NCBI GenBank assembly: GCA_018826075.1
Contig: JAHKAJ010000014.1
Coordinates: 20,066-84,065 of the forward strand
Direction of reading: 5' to 3'
Length of the DNA: 64,000 nucleotides
Source: Candidatus Omnitrophota bacterium
GTDB taxonomy: Bacteria; Omnitrophota; Gorgyraeia; Duberdicusellales; 4484-171
How positions within the stretch are numbered: the first letter of the stretch is position 1; each line of letters starts with the position of its first letter. The position numbers and the translations under genes are program-made. The notes under the pieces are model-generated. The model saw only the letters and a list, made by a program, of their open reading frames with translations, ran no database searches and was not told the DNA's origin. This document shows, one piece after another, positions 50,191 through 60,035 of the stretch.

Positions 50191-50239
50191 GTAGCAATAG
50201 TTGTACATTTACAAATAACAATAAAAAGTGAGGTAAACC

Positions 50240-51769
50240 ATGGAACGTGAATATTTAAGCCCCAGCCAAGCTGCTAAAATCTTAGGTATCTCCCGTCAAG
50301 CAATCATTGAACGGATTAAACACGGGACCCTCTACGCTGAAAAAGTAGGCAGCCGCTATATTATACCTAAAGCTGAGGTTGCTGCCGGAGAAGCCGCACT
50401 GCAAGAAAAAGATCTGAGCAAACCCGGAGCTTTAAAAACCAGCGGCCGAAAAAAGACTTCTAAGGAAATCTTAGACCTTGTACACAAACACAGCATCAGG
50501 ACAATACAGCTCTGGTTTGTTGATATCCTGGGAATTTTAAAATGCGTATCGATAACCGAAGGCGAACTAAAGGCTGCCCTGGAACACGGCAAAGGATTCG
50601 ACGGTTCATCAGTAACCGGCTTTGCCGAAGCTGAAGAAAGCGATATTCTTGCCTTCCCTGACCCGAATACCTTTAAAATACTGCCTTGGACTAAAGATGA
50701 ACCGATTGCCCGGCTATTCTGCGATATCCTTAACCCGGACCTGTCGCCTTACCCCGGAGACCCCCGCTATGTATTAAAACGGGCCCTCCAACGGGCGACT
50801 AAATTAGGCCTTAATTTTTATGTCGGCCCGGAAATAGAATATTTTTATTTTAAATCTGATCGTAAACCAGAGTTGATTGACGAAGGCTCATATTTTGAAT
50901 TAATACCTAACGATTTAGCCAACACTTTAAGAAATAAAACCATCCGGGCTTTAGAAGAAATGGGCATTGTCATGGAGGCCAGTCATCATGAAGTAGCGCC
51001 TTCACAACATGAAATTGACCCTCAATACAACAACGCCTTGGTTATGGCCGACAATGTAGTGACTTCTAAATTCGTAATTAAAGAAATTGCTCAACAAAAC
51101 GGAGTCCATGCCACTTTTATGCCTAAACCGCTGTTTGGACAAAATGGCTCAGGGATGCATGTCCATCAATCGCTATTCAAGGGCGAACGCAACGCCTTTT
51201 ATGACAAAAAGGATAAACACCACTTATCCTCTATTGCCAAAGGCTTTATTGCCGGCCAGCTCAAACATGCCCGGGAAATCTGTTCGTTAACCGCTCAATG
51301 GGTAAACTCTTACAAACGCCTGGTTTCCGGCTATGAAGCTCCGGTCTATGCTTCCTGGGCTCAAAAAAACCGCACTACTCTTCTGCGGGTTCCTTTGTAC
51401 CGGCCGGGAAATGAAAAAGCCACCCGGGTGGAACTGCGCTGCCCTGACCCGGCTTGCAACCCTTATCTGGCTTTTGCGGTAATGCTGGCAGCCGGCCTGG
51501 AAGGAGTTGAAAAAAATTATGAACTGCCCGTACCGGTTGAACCTAATATTTACCACATGGCTATGGAAGAAAGGGAAAAACGCGGGCTGATTTCACTTCC
51601 GGGAAACCTTTTTGAAGCAATTTTAGAAACCGAAAAAAGTGAGTTCGTTAAAAAAACTCTTGGCGAGCATATCTTCAGCCGGTTCTTGTTTAATAAAAAG
51701 AAAGAATGGGAGGATTATCGTATCCAAATTACCGAATATGAAATCAAAAAATATCTTCCCCTGCTTTAG
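50240..51769 (+). CDS. glnA: glutamine synthetase type I with N-terminal excisionase/MerR-like HTH
   Basis: YLSPSQAAKILGISRQAI...GSRYII HTH, then FDGSS, EESD, GPEIEY, HHEVAPSQHE, NGSGMH, GYEAP and RVELRCPDP. Confidence 0.93.
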   Translation: MEREYLSPSQAAKILGISRQAIIERIKHGTLYAEKVGSRYIIPKAEVAAGEAALQEKDLSKPGALKTSGRKKTSKEILDLVHKHSIRTIQLWFVDILGILKCVSITEGELKAALEHGKGFDGSSVTGFAEAEESDILAFPDPNTFKILPWTKDEPIARLFCDILNPDLSPYPGDPRYVLKRALQRATKLGLNFYVGPEIEYFYFKSDRKPELIDEGSYFELIPNDLANTLRNKTIRALEEMGIVMEASHHEVAPSQHEIDPQYNNALVMADNVVTSKFVIKEIAQQNGVHATFMPKPLFGQNGSGMHVHQSLFKGERNAFYDKKDKHHLSSIAKGFIAGQLKHAREICSLTAQWVNSYKRLVSGYEAPVYASWAQKNRTTLLRVPLYRPGNEKATRVELRCPDPACNPYLAFAVMLAAGLEGVEKNYELPVPVEPNIYHMAMEEREKRGLISLPGNLFEAILETEKSEFVKKTLGEHIFSRFLFNKKKEWEDYRIQITEYEIKKYLPLL

Positions 51770-51773
51770 GTTA

Positions 51774-52256
51774 TCACTTTCCCAAACGTAATTGGAAATT
51801 CACTGTTCCATCAGACAGGACTACCCGGTCAGAAAGAATCTCAATAACTACATTGTCGCCGACCCGGTCACCGAGGCCGACTATTTTCCCGTTGATCACT
51901 GCTTTAGGGCTATCCTTAGACCAAATAATACCCTGAAGTGATGAACCGCTATTAGAAATATCCTTGACTATCATCTCATGTTGATTAAACGGATCACGAG
52001 TTAACTCAAAACCCTTGGTTTCTTCTTCCAACTTGCGGTACAGACCTTCAGTAGGTTGATTCTGCTCTGACGAAGGATACAAAACATCGTAAGGGATGTT
52101 GGCACCTTCAGTCCTGGTTAAGACTGATGAATGCAGGGTTTTCTCCCGGCGGGCCTTGATCTTGCTGACAGTTTTTTGAGCATTAGCTAATGCCAAAATT
52201 AAAATAATCGTTAAACCTACAGTAATCGCTAATTTAAGCTTATTTTTTTTATCCAT
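51774..52256 (-). CDS. PilP/GspB-like pilus assembly protein
   Basis: TM anchor, RDPF and LQGIIW...AVINGKIV; last gene of the pilus operon. Confidence 0.7.
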   Translation of the reverse strand: MDKKNKLKLAITVGLTIILILALANAQKTVSKIKARREKTLHSSVLTRTEGANIPYDVLYPSSEQNQPTEGLYRKLEEETKGFELTRDPFNQHEMIVKDISNSGSSLQGIIWSKDSPKAVINGKIVGLGDRVGDNVVIEILSDRVVLSDGTVNFQLRLGK

Positions 52257-52261
52257 TTTTT

Positions 52262-52843
52262 TTATGATAAAAGATAAAAACTTATTCCCAGACGGACTTT
52301 TAAATCCCGGTTGCTGCCGGAGTTGTTTTTATTTACCTCTAAATTATCGACTATCACCAAAGCTGAAAGCTCTTGCTTTAGAAGCTCGATATATTTAACC
52401 AAATCCTTATAGGAACAATCGAGGCTAATTGCAACCGTAATCCTCTGACAGGCTTTATTATCAACAGTCAGATTTTTCTGATTTTTATCCACCAGATTTT
52501 TTTTAGGCCCGGGATTGATCGAGACTAAGTTTACCTTCGCCTTGCGGGCAAGATCGGAAATCATCCTCAAAGGCTCCTCTTCTTTAACCGGAAACTTGCC
52601 TTCAAGAAAATCGAATCTTTCCTTAAGCATTCTGATGCTCTCTTCCAGGGGCTGGCCTTGATCCACCATCATCTGGATATCCTGAATTTCCTTTTGCTTA
52701 GCCTGGAGTGTGCTTTTAAGCTGAGACATTTCCTTTTTGCCAGGTATATAGACAAAAAATAAGAATATCACAAAAACCAGTATCGCCAAGCTGGCGGCAA
52801 TGATTATTTTTTTTTGAGTTTTAGTTATCGAATTTATACTCAT
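52262..52843 (-). CDS. pilO: type IV pilus assembly protein PilO
   Basis: TM segment, coiled coil and ferredoxin-like domain; follows PilMN. Confidence 0.8.
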   Translation of the reverse strand: MSINSITKTQKKIIIAASLAILVFVIFLFFVYIPGKKEMSQLKSTLQAKQKEIQDIQMMVDQGQPLEESIRMLKERFDFLEGKFPVKEEEPLRMISDLARKAKVNLVSINPGPKKNLVDKNQKNLTVDNKACQRITVAISLDCSYKDLVKYIELLKQELSALVIVDNLEVNKNNSGSNRDLKVRLGISFYLLS

Positions 52844-52861
52844 TTTGACTCTTTTTAAATC

Positions 52862-54490
52862 CTAACCGGAAATATCGCAACGGATTTCAAAACTCTGGTT
52901 AAGGCCTTCTTTTTTTGATGAAGTTAAAGCTGCTTCAGTAAAAAAATCCGAGGCCTCAAGCTTTTTCATAAATTGAGTTAAAACTGTTTCGGCCACTGCT
53001 CCACTGGCTTGAATCTGGCCCTTTAAAACCAAAGTTGCCGCGTCCTGTTTTAAAGCTAGGCTTTCTAGAGTAATTTCATTGGGTACCAGGTTGCTCAAAA
53101 CTATCAGTAATTTATCCACCGGGACTTTACCCTTCTGGAGTTTGATTATTAAACCATCCCTGGCTAGAATGTTCTGCCGCAAAACCCTGATTTCACTGAT
53201 AGTCTCCAGGTGTTTCTGGGCATTGGCAATCCTTGATTTGTAATCATTAATCTTAAGCCTGACCATAAAAAAAGAAAATAAAAATATTGCGACTATGGCT
53301 ACCGCTGAAACTCTTAAGGAAATTTTCTGGATCAACTCTGATTTTTGAGCTTTAATTTCCTGAGGCAGCAAATTAATCGCCGCCGAATCAGCTAAAGCTG
53401 CCCCTATAGCGCTTAAAAGCTGCGGGTAGTTAGAACCTAAATCTTTAAAACTGGCTGATTCTGGGCCAAAATCCGGTAAAACTAAAGGTGACACCTCAAA
53501 AGATAACTCCTTGGCCAAAAAACTATCCAAATTTTTTAAATTACTGCCGCCGCCGACAAGACAAAGCCGCGTGATCAAAGGCTGGTTAAACTCCGAAGAA
53601 AAGTAATCAGAGGTGCGTTTTAATTCTTTGACTAAAAGTTCAAGATGCGGCCGCAATAAAGAAATCATCTGGATAGCTGTGATTTTCTCACCCAAATCCT
53701 GGCTCTGATCTTGAGGAATACCAAAGGCTTGTTTTATGTTTTCGGCTTCCTGGTAACTAAGTTGAGTTTTGCCTTTATCGGAAACTAGGGTTCCGGTCAA
53801 ATCCTGAGTAAGCTTCTGGGAAGAAAACGGTAGTTTGCGTATGAATTTCAGCCGGCCCTGAATATAAATATATAAAGTAGTTTGATCGTAGCTTAGGTCA
53901 AGCACTACCTGGGTTCCTGAGTCCGGAAAATATTTTTTTAGAATATTGCCGTAATTAAGCGGGGCCAAAGAAATCTTCGAAGGCTTAAGATTGAGTTCCT
54001 TTACCAAGCCGATATATTCATTCAGGGCTTTCTCCTCGACCAAGGCAAAAACTATCTCATTTTTTTTAGTTCCTTCCTGATCGCTGTATTCACGGACCAA
54101 TTCCCAGCCGATAACTGCCTTTTCTAAATCAAAGGCAAGGTCTTCTTTAAGCTGCCATTTAGCTGCACCAATAACTTCCTGCCTGGGTAAAACCGGAAGC
54201 TGGAGGTGTTTTATAGCCGCAGAATCAAAATCAGGGATGGTCAGATAAAATTCGGGATTTTCAGAAGAATTCTTTTCTAAAAAAGACCGGATTAAAGCGG
54301 TTAATTCTTCTGGTTTGCCGCCGCCGGCCAGGGATAATTTTTCCACCCGCCAGTCAAGAAGGTTAATTCCTTTTTTGTGTAGCTGTAAATAGGCCAACTT
54401 ACAAAAAGCCCGGCCGAACTCAATAGATAAAATATGTTTTGGCCTCTTCTTTGAAAAAGTAAGGTATTTCTCAAGGGCAAAATCAATCAT
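52862..54490 (-). CDS. pilM: PilM-PilN fusion protein
   Basis: Actin-like PilM (LVGGGSNL), then the INLLP PilN motif, TM segment and periplasmic domain in one ORF. Confidence 0.8.
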   Translation of the reverse strand: MIDFALEKYLTFSKKRPKHILSIEFGRAFCKLAYLQLHKKGINLLDWRVEKLSLAGGGKPEELTALIRSFLEKNSSENPEFYLTIPDFDSAAIKHLQLPVLPRQEVIGAAKWQLKEDLAFDLEKAVIGWELVREYSDQEGTKKNEIVFALVEEKALNEYIGLVKELNLKPSKISLAPLNYGNILKKYFPDSGTQVVLDLSYDQTTLYIYIQGRLKFIRKLPFSSQKLTQDLTGTLVSDKGKTQLSYQEAENIKQAFGIPQDQSQDLGEKITAIQMISLLRPHLELLVKELKRTSDYFSSEFNQPLITRLCLVGGGSNLKNLDSFLAKELSFEVSPLVLPDFGPESASFKDLGSNYPQLLSAIGAALADSAAINLLPQEIKAQKSELIQKISLRVSAVAIVAIFLFSFFMVRLKINDYKSRIANAQKHLETISEIRVLRQNILARDGLIIKLQKGKVPVDKLLIVLSNLVPNEITLESLALKQDAATLVLKGQIQASGAVAETVLTQFMKKLEASDFFTEAALTSSKKEGLNQSFEIRCDISG

Positions 54491-54533
54491 ACCCTTAAAT
54501 TATAAGTCTTTTCCGAAGCGGTTACAAGTATTT

Positions 54534-55130
54534 TTAAAAACTTTTGATTTCAGCGCTGGAAGTAAGGTTAGTGGAACCCTGCCAATCATCAAAATTTCCG
54601 GTCGCGGTTTGGACATTGAAGTTGATGATTACCCGGCGGATATCAACCAAAGCATCAACCCCGGAAATCCAATCAGCGTCTAGAGCCTTCTTGTAGATGA
54701 AGATAGCTCCTGGAGTATCTTTTCCATCAATGGTAGTCAAGGCTGAAATATAATAAGGGACAGCTCCTTCAGCTGACCAGCTGGTTCCTTGATCACTGCT
54801 GGTTGAACGATAAATATGGCCGTCGCCACTATCCCAACGAAACCTCGCTGAAAGTGCAGCTGCCGGATAACCATAACTATAGGAAAACTGAACAGCTGAG
54901 GCATCGATTATGTTACGAGTATATCTTAGACCCCGGGCGTCGGGATTACCTTCGATGATTATACTGTTGAGTTCATCAGCAATCTTCTGGGTATCCAACT
55001 GCCGCGGGCTATAAACAAACAACTGAATAAAAAAAATCACGGCACCGGCTACAGCCGCCGCCACAATCGAAATTATCAACATCGTCATGATTAGCTCAAT
55101 TAAGGTTGCAGCTTTTTTTGTTTTTACCAT
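54534..55130 (-). CDS. minor pilin
   Basis: ATLIELIMTMLII prepilin motif. Confidence 0.8.
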   Translation of the reverse strand: MVKTKKAATLIELIMTMLIISIVAAAVAGAVIFFIQLFVYSPRQLDTQKIADELNSIIIEGNPDARGLRYTRNIIDASAVQFSYSYGYPAAALSARFRWDSGDGHIYRSTSSDQGTSWSAEGAVPYYISALTTIDGKDTPGAIFIYKKALDADWISGVDALVDIRRVIINFNVQTATGNFDDWQGSTNLTSSAEIKSF

Positions 55131-55888
55131 GAATAGCTTGAAGTCTCGGTTAGGTCACTCATTATAAAAACTAAACTACTGACTGCGCTTAAGCTTTTAC
55201 TGAAAGTAAACAAACCGGTATTAGCATAAGTTGTTCCGGCCGAAAGAGTAAAGTTTGTCTCTAAAGTTATGGTCGATCCGGAATTTCCAGTACCGCTCCA
55301 TCTCTGACTTGCGCCCATGGTGATAGTCTTAGCCTTTATGCCACTTGTGCCAGTAAAGCTGATGATTACACCGGTAATGGTTATATCGCTGGCACCGGTA
55401 TTTCCCAAGGTAACATTCTGTAAATTCGTACCGGCAATGCTTCCACCAGACACTGCTAATGAATCTGCTTGGCCTCCGCTGCCAACGCTTCCGCCACCGC
55501 TACCTGAACCAAATGAAACATTAGCCAAATAAGTAGTTAGCTTTACTAATTGGCTAGCACTACCACCTTCATAAACCGTAACCGTGACTTGTTTTAAGGT
55601 GCTGTTTGAACCAGCAACATAGGCAACTTCACGCCTTAAATCCTGGCTGTAACCTTCGTAACTTGATGTATTACTATCATAGCCATCAGCTAAGGTAGCA
55701 TTGTTGTAAGCTAAATTGTTAACTTTGGACATTTCCAGTTTAGCTAAGCCAGCGGCAACTGTTAATTGACGGGAATAAGCTATACTTTTTATGTATTCCA
55801 TAGTTATCAGCCCGACCGGAATCATCACTATGACTGCAATCACTATGGCAATAATCGACTCGATAAGGGTAAAACTGTTTTTATTCAT
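55124..55888 (-). CDS. minor pilin with Gly/Ser linker and beta-rich C-terminal domain
   Basis: FTLIESIIAIVI motif and a GSGSGGGSVGSGG linker. Confidence 0.8.
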   Translation of the reverse strand: MNKNSFTLIESIIAIVIAVIVMIPVGLITMEYIKSIAYSRQLTVAAGLAKLEMSKVNNLAYNNATLADGYDSNTSSYEGYSQDLRREVAYVAGSNSTLKQVTVTVYEGGSASQLVKLTTYLANVSFGSGSGGGSVGSGGQADSLAVSGGSIAGTNLQNVTLGNTGASDITITGVIISFTGTSGIKAKTITMGASQRWSGTGNSGSTITLETNFTLSAGTTYANTGLFTFSKSLSAVSSLVFIMSDLTETSSYSW

Positions 55889-56664
55889 GGCATTAGGTGT
55901 TCCTGAGACTCTTCCCAGGAAATAATCTCACTTGTCCCCACATCGTAAGCAGCTTTAAGGGTACGCCGATAAGTATCCGGCGCTACTACTTTACCGGTTG
56001 AGGTGATCATCATCGCGTTAGCGCTGCCTAGGCCGGCATCCAATAACATAATCTCAACCGTACTGCCATCACTAAAAGTAACTACTACTGAAATGGTCTT
56101 TGAGCTGATACTGCTGCCCACGCTCCAGTCCAACCAGACATCATTCTCGGTTGTACCGGCCGGTATTGTATAATCAATCATGTCTATATTGGTTCCGCTG
56201 GGAGCAGTTCCGCTCCACTCAGAAGTAGCCCGGCCTAAATCTATATTAATTAAGTTTTCTCCATTGTTAGGGGTCCAACTTACCTGCATGTGAGTTATAG
56301 TAAGGTCAGTTGCACCCACATTAGTCATACTAATATTTTTAATTTTACGGTCAGCGACTATGCTAGGGGAACTACAATCAGCAATAAAAAACATACCTGA
56401 ACCGCCAAACGAATAATAAGTATTAGCAGCGATTTGAGTATCAGTCTGGGCAGTTACCAAGCCGTCATTTTTATAGTCTGCTACTGCGGCCATGACTCCG
56501 GCCTGGGCAGCGTATAGAGCTGTTTGCTGATTAATATTGGAGATGTTATACCTTAAAGCTTCACTGATATAGGTGGCTATTCCTAAAGCGACAATAGCCA
56601 TTAAAACCACTGCAAAGATTACAGTAATTAAAGCAAAACCTTTATTGGCGCTTTTTAATCTCAT
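55885..56664 (-). CDS. PilX/MshP-like minor pilin
   Basis: GFALITVIF (no Glu5), ALYAAQAG and C-terminal SWEE. Confidence 0.78.
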   Translation of the reverse strand: MRLKSANKGFALITVIFAVVLMAIVALGIATYISEALRYNISNINQQTALYAAQAGVMAAVADYKNDGLVTAQTDTQIAANTYYSFGGSGMFFIADCSSPSIVADRKIKNISMTNVGATDLTITHMQVSWTPNNGENLINIDLGRATSEWSGTAPSGTNIDMIDYTIPAGTTENDVWLDWSVGSSISSKTISVVVTFSDGSTVEIMLLDAGLGSANAMMITSTGKVVAPDTYRRTLKAAYDVGTSEIISWEESQEHLMP

Positions 56665-56676
56665 ATCAATAACAAT

Positions 56677-56709
56677 AAATAGGGGGCAGAAAATACCTGC
56701 CCCCTATTT
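56677..56709 (-). terminator. hairpin downstream of the major pilin
   Basis: aaatagggggcag-N7-ctgccccctattt, with a T-rich tail on the minus strand. Confidence 0.7.
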
Positions 56710-56721
56710 TAAATCTAAAAC

Positions 56722-57102
56722 TTAGTCCTGGAGAAAAGAACCATTAGCAAAGGTGTAAGTGTAATTATTACTTGCCGGGCCAGTATAACTGGTTGAGTTT
56801 ACCTTAGTCCAATCGTCAGTCACACCACCTTGGGCCAGAACATCGTCAAAACAAGCATTGGTTTTATTGCAAACCGCACTACTTGCGCTATCTAGATTGC
56901 TGGGATAACTACAGGTTCCGCCGGCGCACTGATTAGCATAATAGGTCGCAATCCCTGAACGGACTCCGCCGACTACTCCATCTTCCGCCGCGATTTTAGC
57001 TTGCGACTGAAGATCATAGTATTTAGGTATGGCTACGGCTGCTAAAATTCCCAAAATAACAATGATCATGATCAACTCGATCAAAGTAAAACCCTTCTTC
57101 AT
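56722..57102 (-). CDS. major type IV pilin (MshA-like)
   Basis: MKKGFTLIELIMIIVILGILAAVAIPKY; four Cys. Confidence 0.9.
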   Translation of the reverse strand: MKKGFTLIELIMIIVILGILAAVAIPKYYDLQSQAKIAAEDGVVGGVRSGIATYYANQCAGGTCSYPSNLDSASSAVCNKTNACFDDVLAQGGVTDDWTKVNSTSYTGPASNNYTYTFANGSFLQD

Positions 57103-57115
57103 GCATATACCCCCT

Positions 57116-58336
57116 TCATCGTTTAAAAACCGCCATTAAATTCCACATCGGCAAAAATATACCCAAAGCCATAAGCAGGACCCCCAAACCTAAAATCAGA
57201 AGCATCATCGGCTCGATCAAAGAACTGAAATTATCAATCGTATATTCTATCTGAGTATCGTAATAATCCGAAATGAATAAAAGCAACTCATCCACCTTTC
57301 CTGAATCTTCGCCTACTGAAACCATCTGGATAACTGCCGGAGTAAACAGACCACTTTTCTTCATCGGACTGGCAATTCCTTCGCCTTCATTTACCGCTTT
57401 ACGGATATTATTTATGGTATCTTCAACCACCACATTGCCCACCCCTTGGGAAGCTAACTCTAGAACCCTCAAAATCGGCACTCCCGAACGCATCAAGGTT
57501 CCGGTAGCCCGGGCAAAACGGGACATATAGACTTTGAGAAAAAGCGGCCCAAAAACCGGAATTTTCAATTTAAACTTATCCCAAAGAAATCTTCCCGGCT
57601 TAGTATTGATATACTTATATAAAAAGAATATAGCTCCACCAACTAGTATAGCAGTAGCCCACCAGTATCTAGTGACCGCATAGTTAGCCCAAATAAGTAT
57701 TTTGGTTGGAAGCGGTAAAGCCACTGCAGCCGCGCTGTAAACCTTGACGAATTTTGGAATTACAAAAACAATCAAAATGATAAATGCCACCACCATCGAA
57801 CAAACTACCATTACCGGATAGCGGGTTGCCGTTTTAATCTGCATCCTGACCTTTTCCTCATGAACCCCTAAGGCGCTTAAACGTTCCATGGCCTCGGATA
57901 AAGTCCCGCCTTCCTCGGCAGATTTAAGCATATTAACGTAAAGTGGGCTAAAAACTTTCGGATGTTTTTCTAAACTAGAAGATAAATCTCTTCCCTCCCG
58001 GACATCCTGTGATACCTTTTCTAAAGTTTCCTTAAACAGCTTGTTGTTGGTCTGCTCGCCGAGGGCTTTTAAACTGGCGATGATGGTGACTCCGGCTTTC
58101 TGTAAGGTGGCAAACTGCCGAGTAAACATATTCAGCTCATTAAGCCTGACTTTACGCAAACGAGCAGCCCAATTATCAAAAAAACTATCCTTTTTGTTCA
58201 TCTCCCGAATAGAAGTAGGCAAATATTCCATCTCTTTTAACTTCTCAGCTACCGCGTTTTCAGTCAACGCTTCCATTGAGCCGCTGACCAGCTTACCATA
58301 CTTATCACGTGCTTTATATTGATACTTGGCCATCAC
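57116..58336 (-). CDS. pilC: PilC/GspF platform protein
   Basis: FTRQFATL, YPVMV, LPLPT, GEDSG and IEP. Confidence 0.92.
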   Translation of the reverse strand: MMAKYQYKARDKYGKLVSGSMEALTENAVAEKLKEMEYLPTSIREMNKKDSFFDNWAARLRKVRLNELNMFTRQFATLQKAGVTIIASLKALGEQTNNKLFKETLEKVSQDVREGRDLSSSLEKHPKVFSPLYVNMLKSAEEGGTLSEAMERLSALGVHEEKVRMQIKTATRYPVMVVCSMVVAFIILIVFVIPKFVKVYSAAAVALPLPTKILIWANYAVTRYWWATAILVGGAIFFLYKYINTKPGRFLWDKFKLKIPVFGPLFLKVYMSRFARATGTLMRSGVPILRVLELASQGVGNVVVEDTINNIRKAVNEGEGIASPMKKSGLFTPAVIQMVSVGEDSGKVDELLLFISDYYDTQIEYTIDNFSSLIEPMMLLILGLGVLLMALGIFLPMWNLMAVFKR

Positions 58337-60007
58337 TTAAACCTTAGTAACTCTTAAGACTTCCTCAATTGTGGTTACACCTTGCGCTACTTTCTCCAGA
58401 CCATCCTCTCTTAAAGTTTTCAATAAGCCTAAAGACAAAGCTTTCTCACTTATCTGGTCGGCAGTTTTTTTCTCGTTAACCATCCTGCGTATTTCTTCAT
58501 TGATGGTGAGGAATTCAAATATACCTATTCGGCCGGAGAAACCGCTTCCTTCACAGTTTTTACAGCCTTTGCCGCGGTAAAAATCTCCTTTGGCCTTATC
58601 CCCAAGATCCTTTAACGCTGGGTCTACCGGAGTATATTTTTCTTTGCACTTATCACAGATAACTCTTACCAGCCTCTGGGCGACTATACCGATGACTGAA
58701 CTTGAGATTAAAAACGTTTCGATACCCATATCAACCAAACGGGTCAATGAAGAAACCGCATCATTAGTATGAAGGGTTGAAAAAACCAGATGCCCGGTTA
58801 AGGAAGCCCGGATAGCAATATCAGCGGTATCTTTATCCCTGATCTCACCGACCATAATAATATCCGGATCTTGACGTAAAATAGCCTTCAGGCCTTCAGC
58901 AAAAGTAACTCCGATTTTTGCATTCACCTGGGTCTGGCGGATTAAAGGCAATTCGTATTCAACCGGATCTTCAATAGTTATAATGTTTTTATCCACCGAA
59001 TTAATCGTAGTCAAAGCAGCATAAAGAGTAGTAGTTTTTCCTGACCCGGTAGGCCCGGTCACTAAGATTATCCCATTGGGCCGACGGATCAGTTCTAAAA
59101 AACTATCTAATTTTTCTTTGGATAAACCTAAGTCACTCAAACCCAAAATTACTGCTGATTTATCAAGAAGCCTCATTACTATGTTCTCACCGTGTACGGT
59201 AGGAAAGGTAGAAACTCTTATATCCAAACTGCGGTTTTCCACATTCAGGCTGATCTTTCCATCCTGGGGTCGACGACTTTCGGCTATGTCTAAATTGGAT
59301 AAAACTTTAATCCGCGACGCTATTGCCCGGCCTACCCCTTTAGGCAGGTTATAGGCTTCCCGTAAGCTTCCGTCAATACGATTGCGAACCAATAGATTCT
59401 TGGCCTCCGGCTCGATATGAATATCCGAAGCCCGCTCTTTAACCGCTTTTGAGATTATTAGATTCAATAACTTGACTACCGGTGCCTCTTCAGCCACCTC
59501 AGCCAAATCCTTATCTTCTCTACCAGTAATCTTATCGGCATCAATAAAAGAAACTATTTCATCTACAGTACCGGGGCCTCCGTAATAACTATCCAGTATT
59601 TTTTGGATGCCGGCTTCGGAAGCTACTACCGGTTCGATCGTATCTAATTTACTGATTTTTCTGGCCTCATCTAAAGCTACTATATCCTGCGGATTTAACA
59701 TAGCTACCGAGAGACTTGAACCAACCTTGAACAAAGGAACCATCTTGTGTTTTTTAGCTATTGACTCAGGGATAAGTTTAGTCAAATCGGAATCAATTAT
59801 ATAATCCCGCAAATCCATATAAGGTACACCTAAAGATTTAGCCATGGCTTTGGCAATATCTTCTTCACTGATAAACCCCAGCTTTTCCAAAGCCCGGGTC
59901 AAAGAAAGGCCAGTACGCTTGGTCTCATCCTTGGCCTTGATGAGTTGTTCGGGAGTTATCAGCTTCTCTTTAAGTAAGAGGTCGGTTATCTCTTGTTTTT
60001 TTGTCAT
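58337..60007 (-). CDS. pilB: PilB/GspE assembly ATPase
   Basis: ASDIHIEP, GPTGSGKTTT, EDPVE, LRQDPD, STLHTND and a Zn motif. Confidence 0.93.
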   Translation of the reverse strand: MTKKQEITDLLLKEKLITPEQLIKAKDETKRTGLSLTRALEKLGFISEEDIAKAMAKSLGVPYMDLRDYIIDSDLTKLIPESIAKKHKMVPLFKVGSSLSVAMLNPQDIVALDEARKISKLDTIEPVVASEAGIQKILDSYYGGPGTVDEIVSFIDADKITGREDKDLAEVAEEAPVVKLLNLIISKAVKERASDIHIEPEAKNLLVRNRIDGSLREAYNLPKGVGRAIASRIKVLSNLDIAESRRPQDGKISLNVENRSLDIRVSTFPTVHGENIVMRLLDKSAVILGLSDLGLSKEKLDSFLELIRRPNGIILVTGPTGSGKTTTLYAALTTINSVDKNIITIEDPVEYELPLIRQTQVNAKIGVTFAEGLKAILRQDPDIIMVGEIRDKDTADIAIRASLTGHLVFSTLHTNDAVSSLTRLVDMGIETFLISSSVIGIVAQRLVRVICDKCKEKYTPVDPALKDLGDKAKGDFYRGKGCKNCEGSGFSGRIGIFEFLTINEEIRRMVNEKKTADQISEKALSLGLLKTLREDGLEKVAQGVTTIEEVLRVTKV

Positions 60008-60035
60008 TAGGTCTCCTTAGAGGCTAACAGCGACT

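Noticed and set aside
50184-50213. Possible ANTAR site in the glnA leader
   Set aside because: Only one imperfect hairpin, with no tandem hexaloops and no terminator; better explained as operator half-sites.
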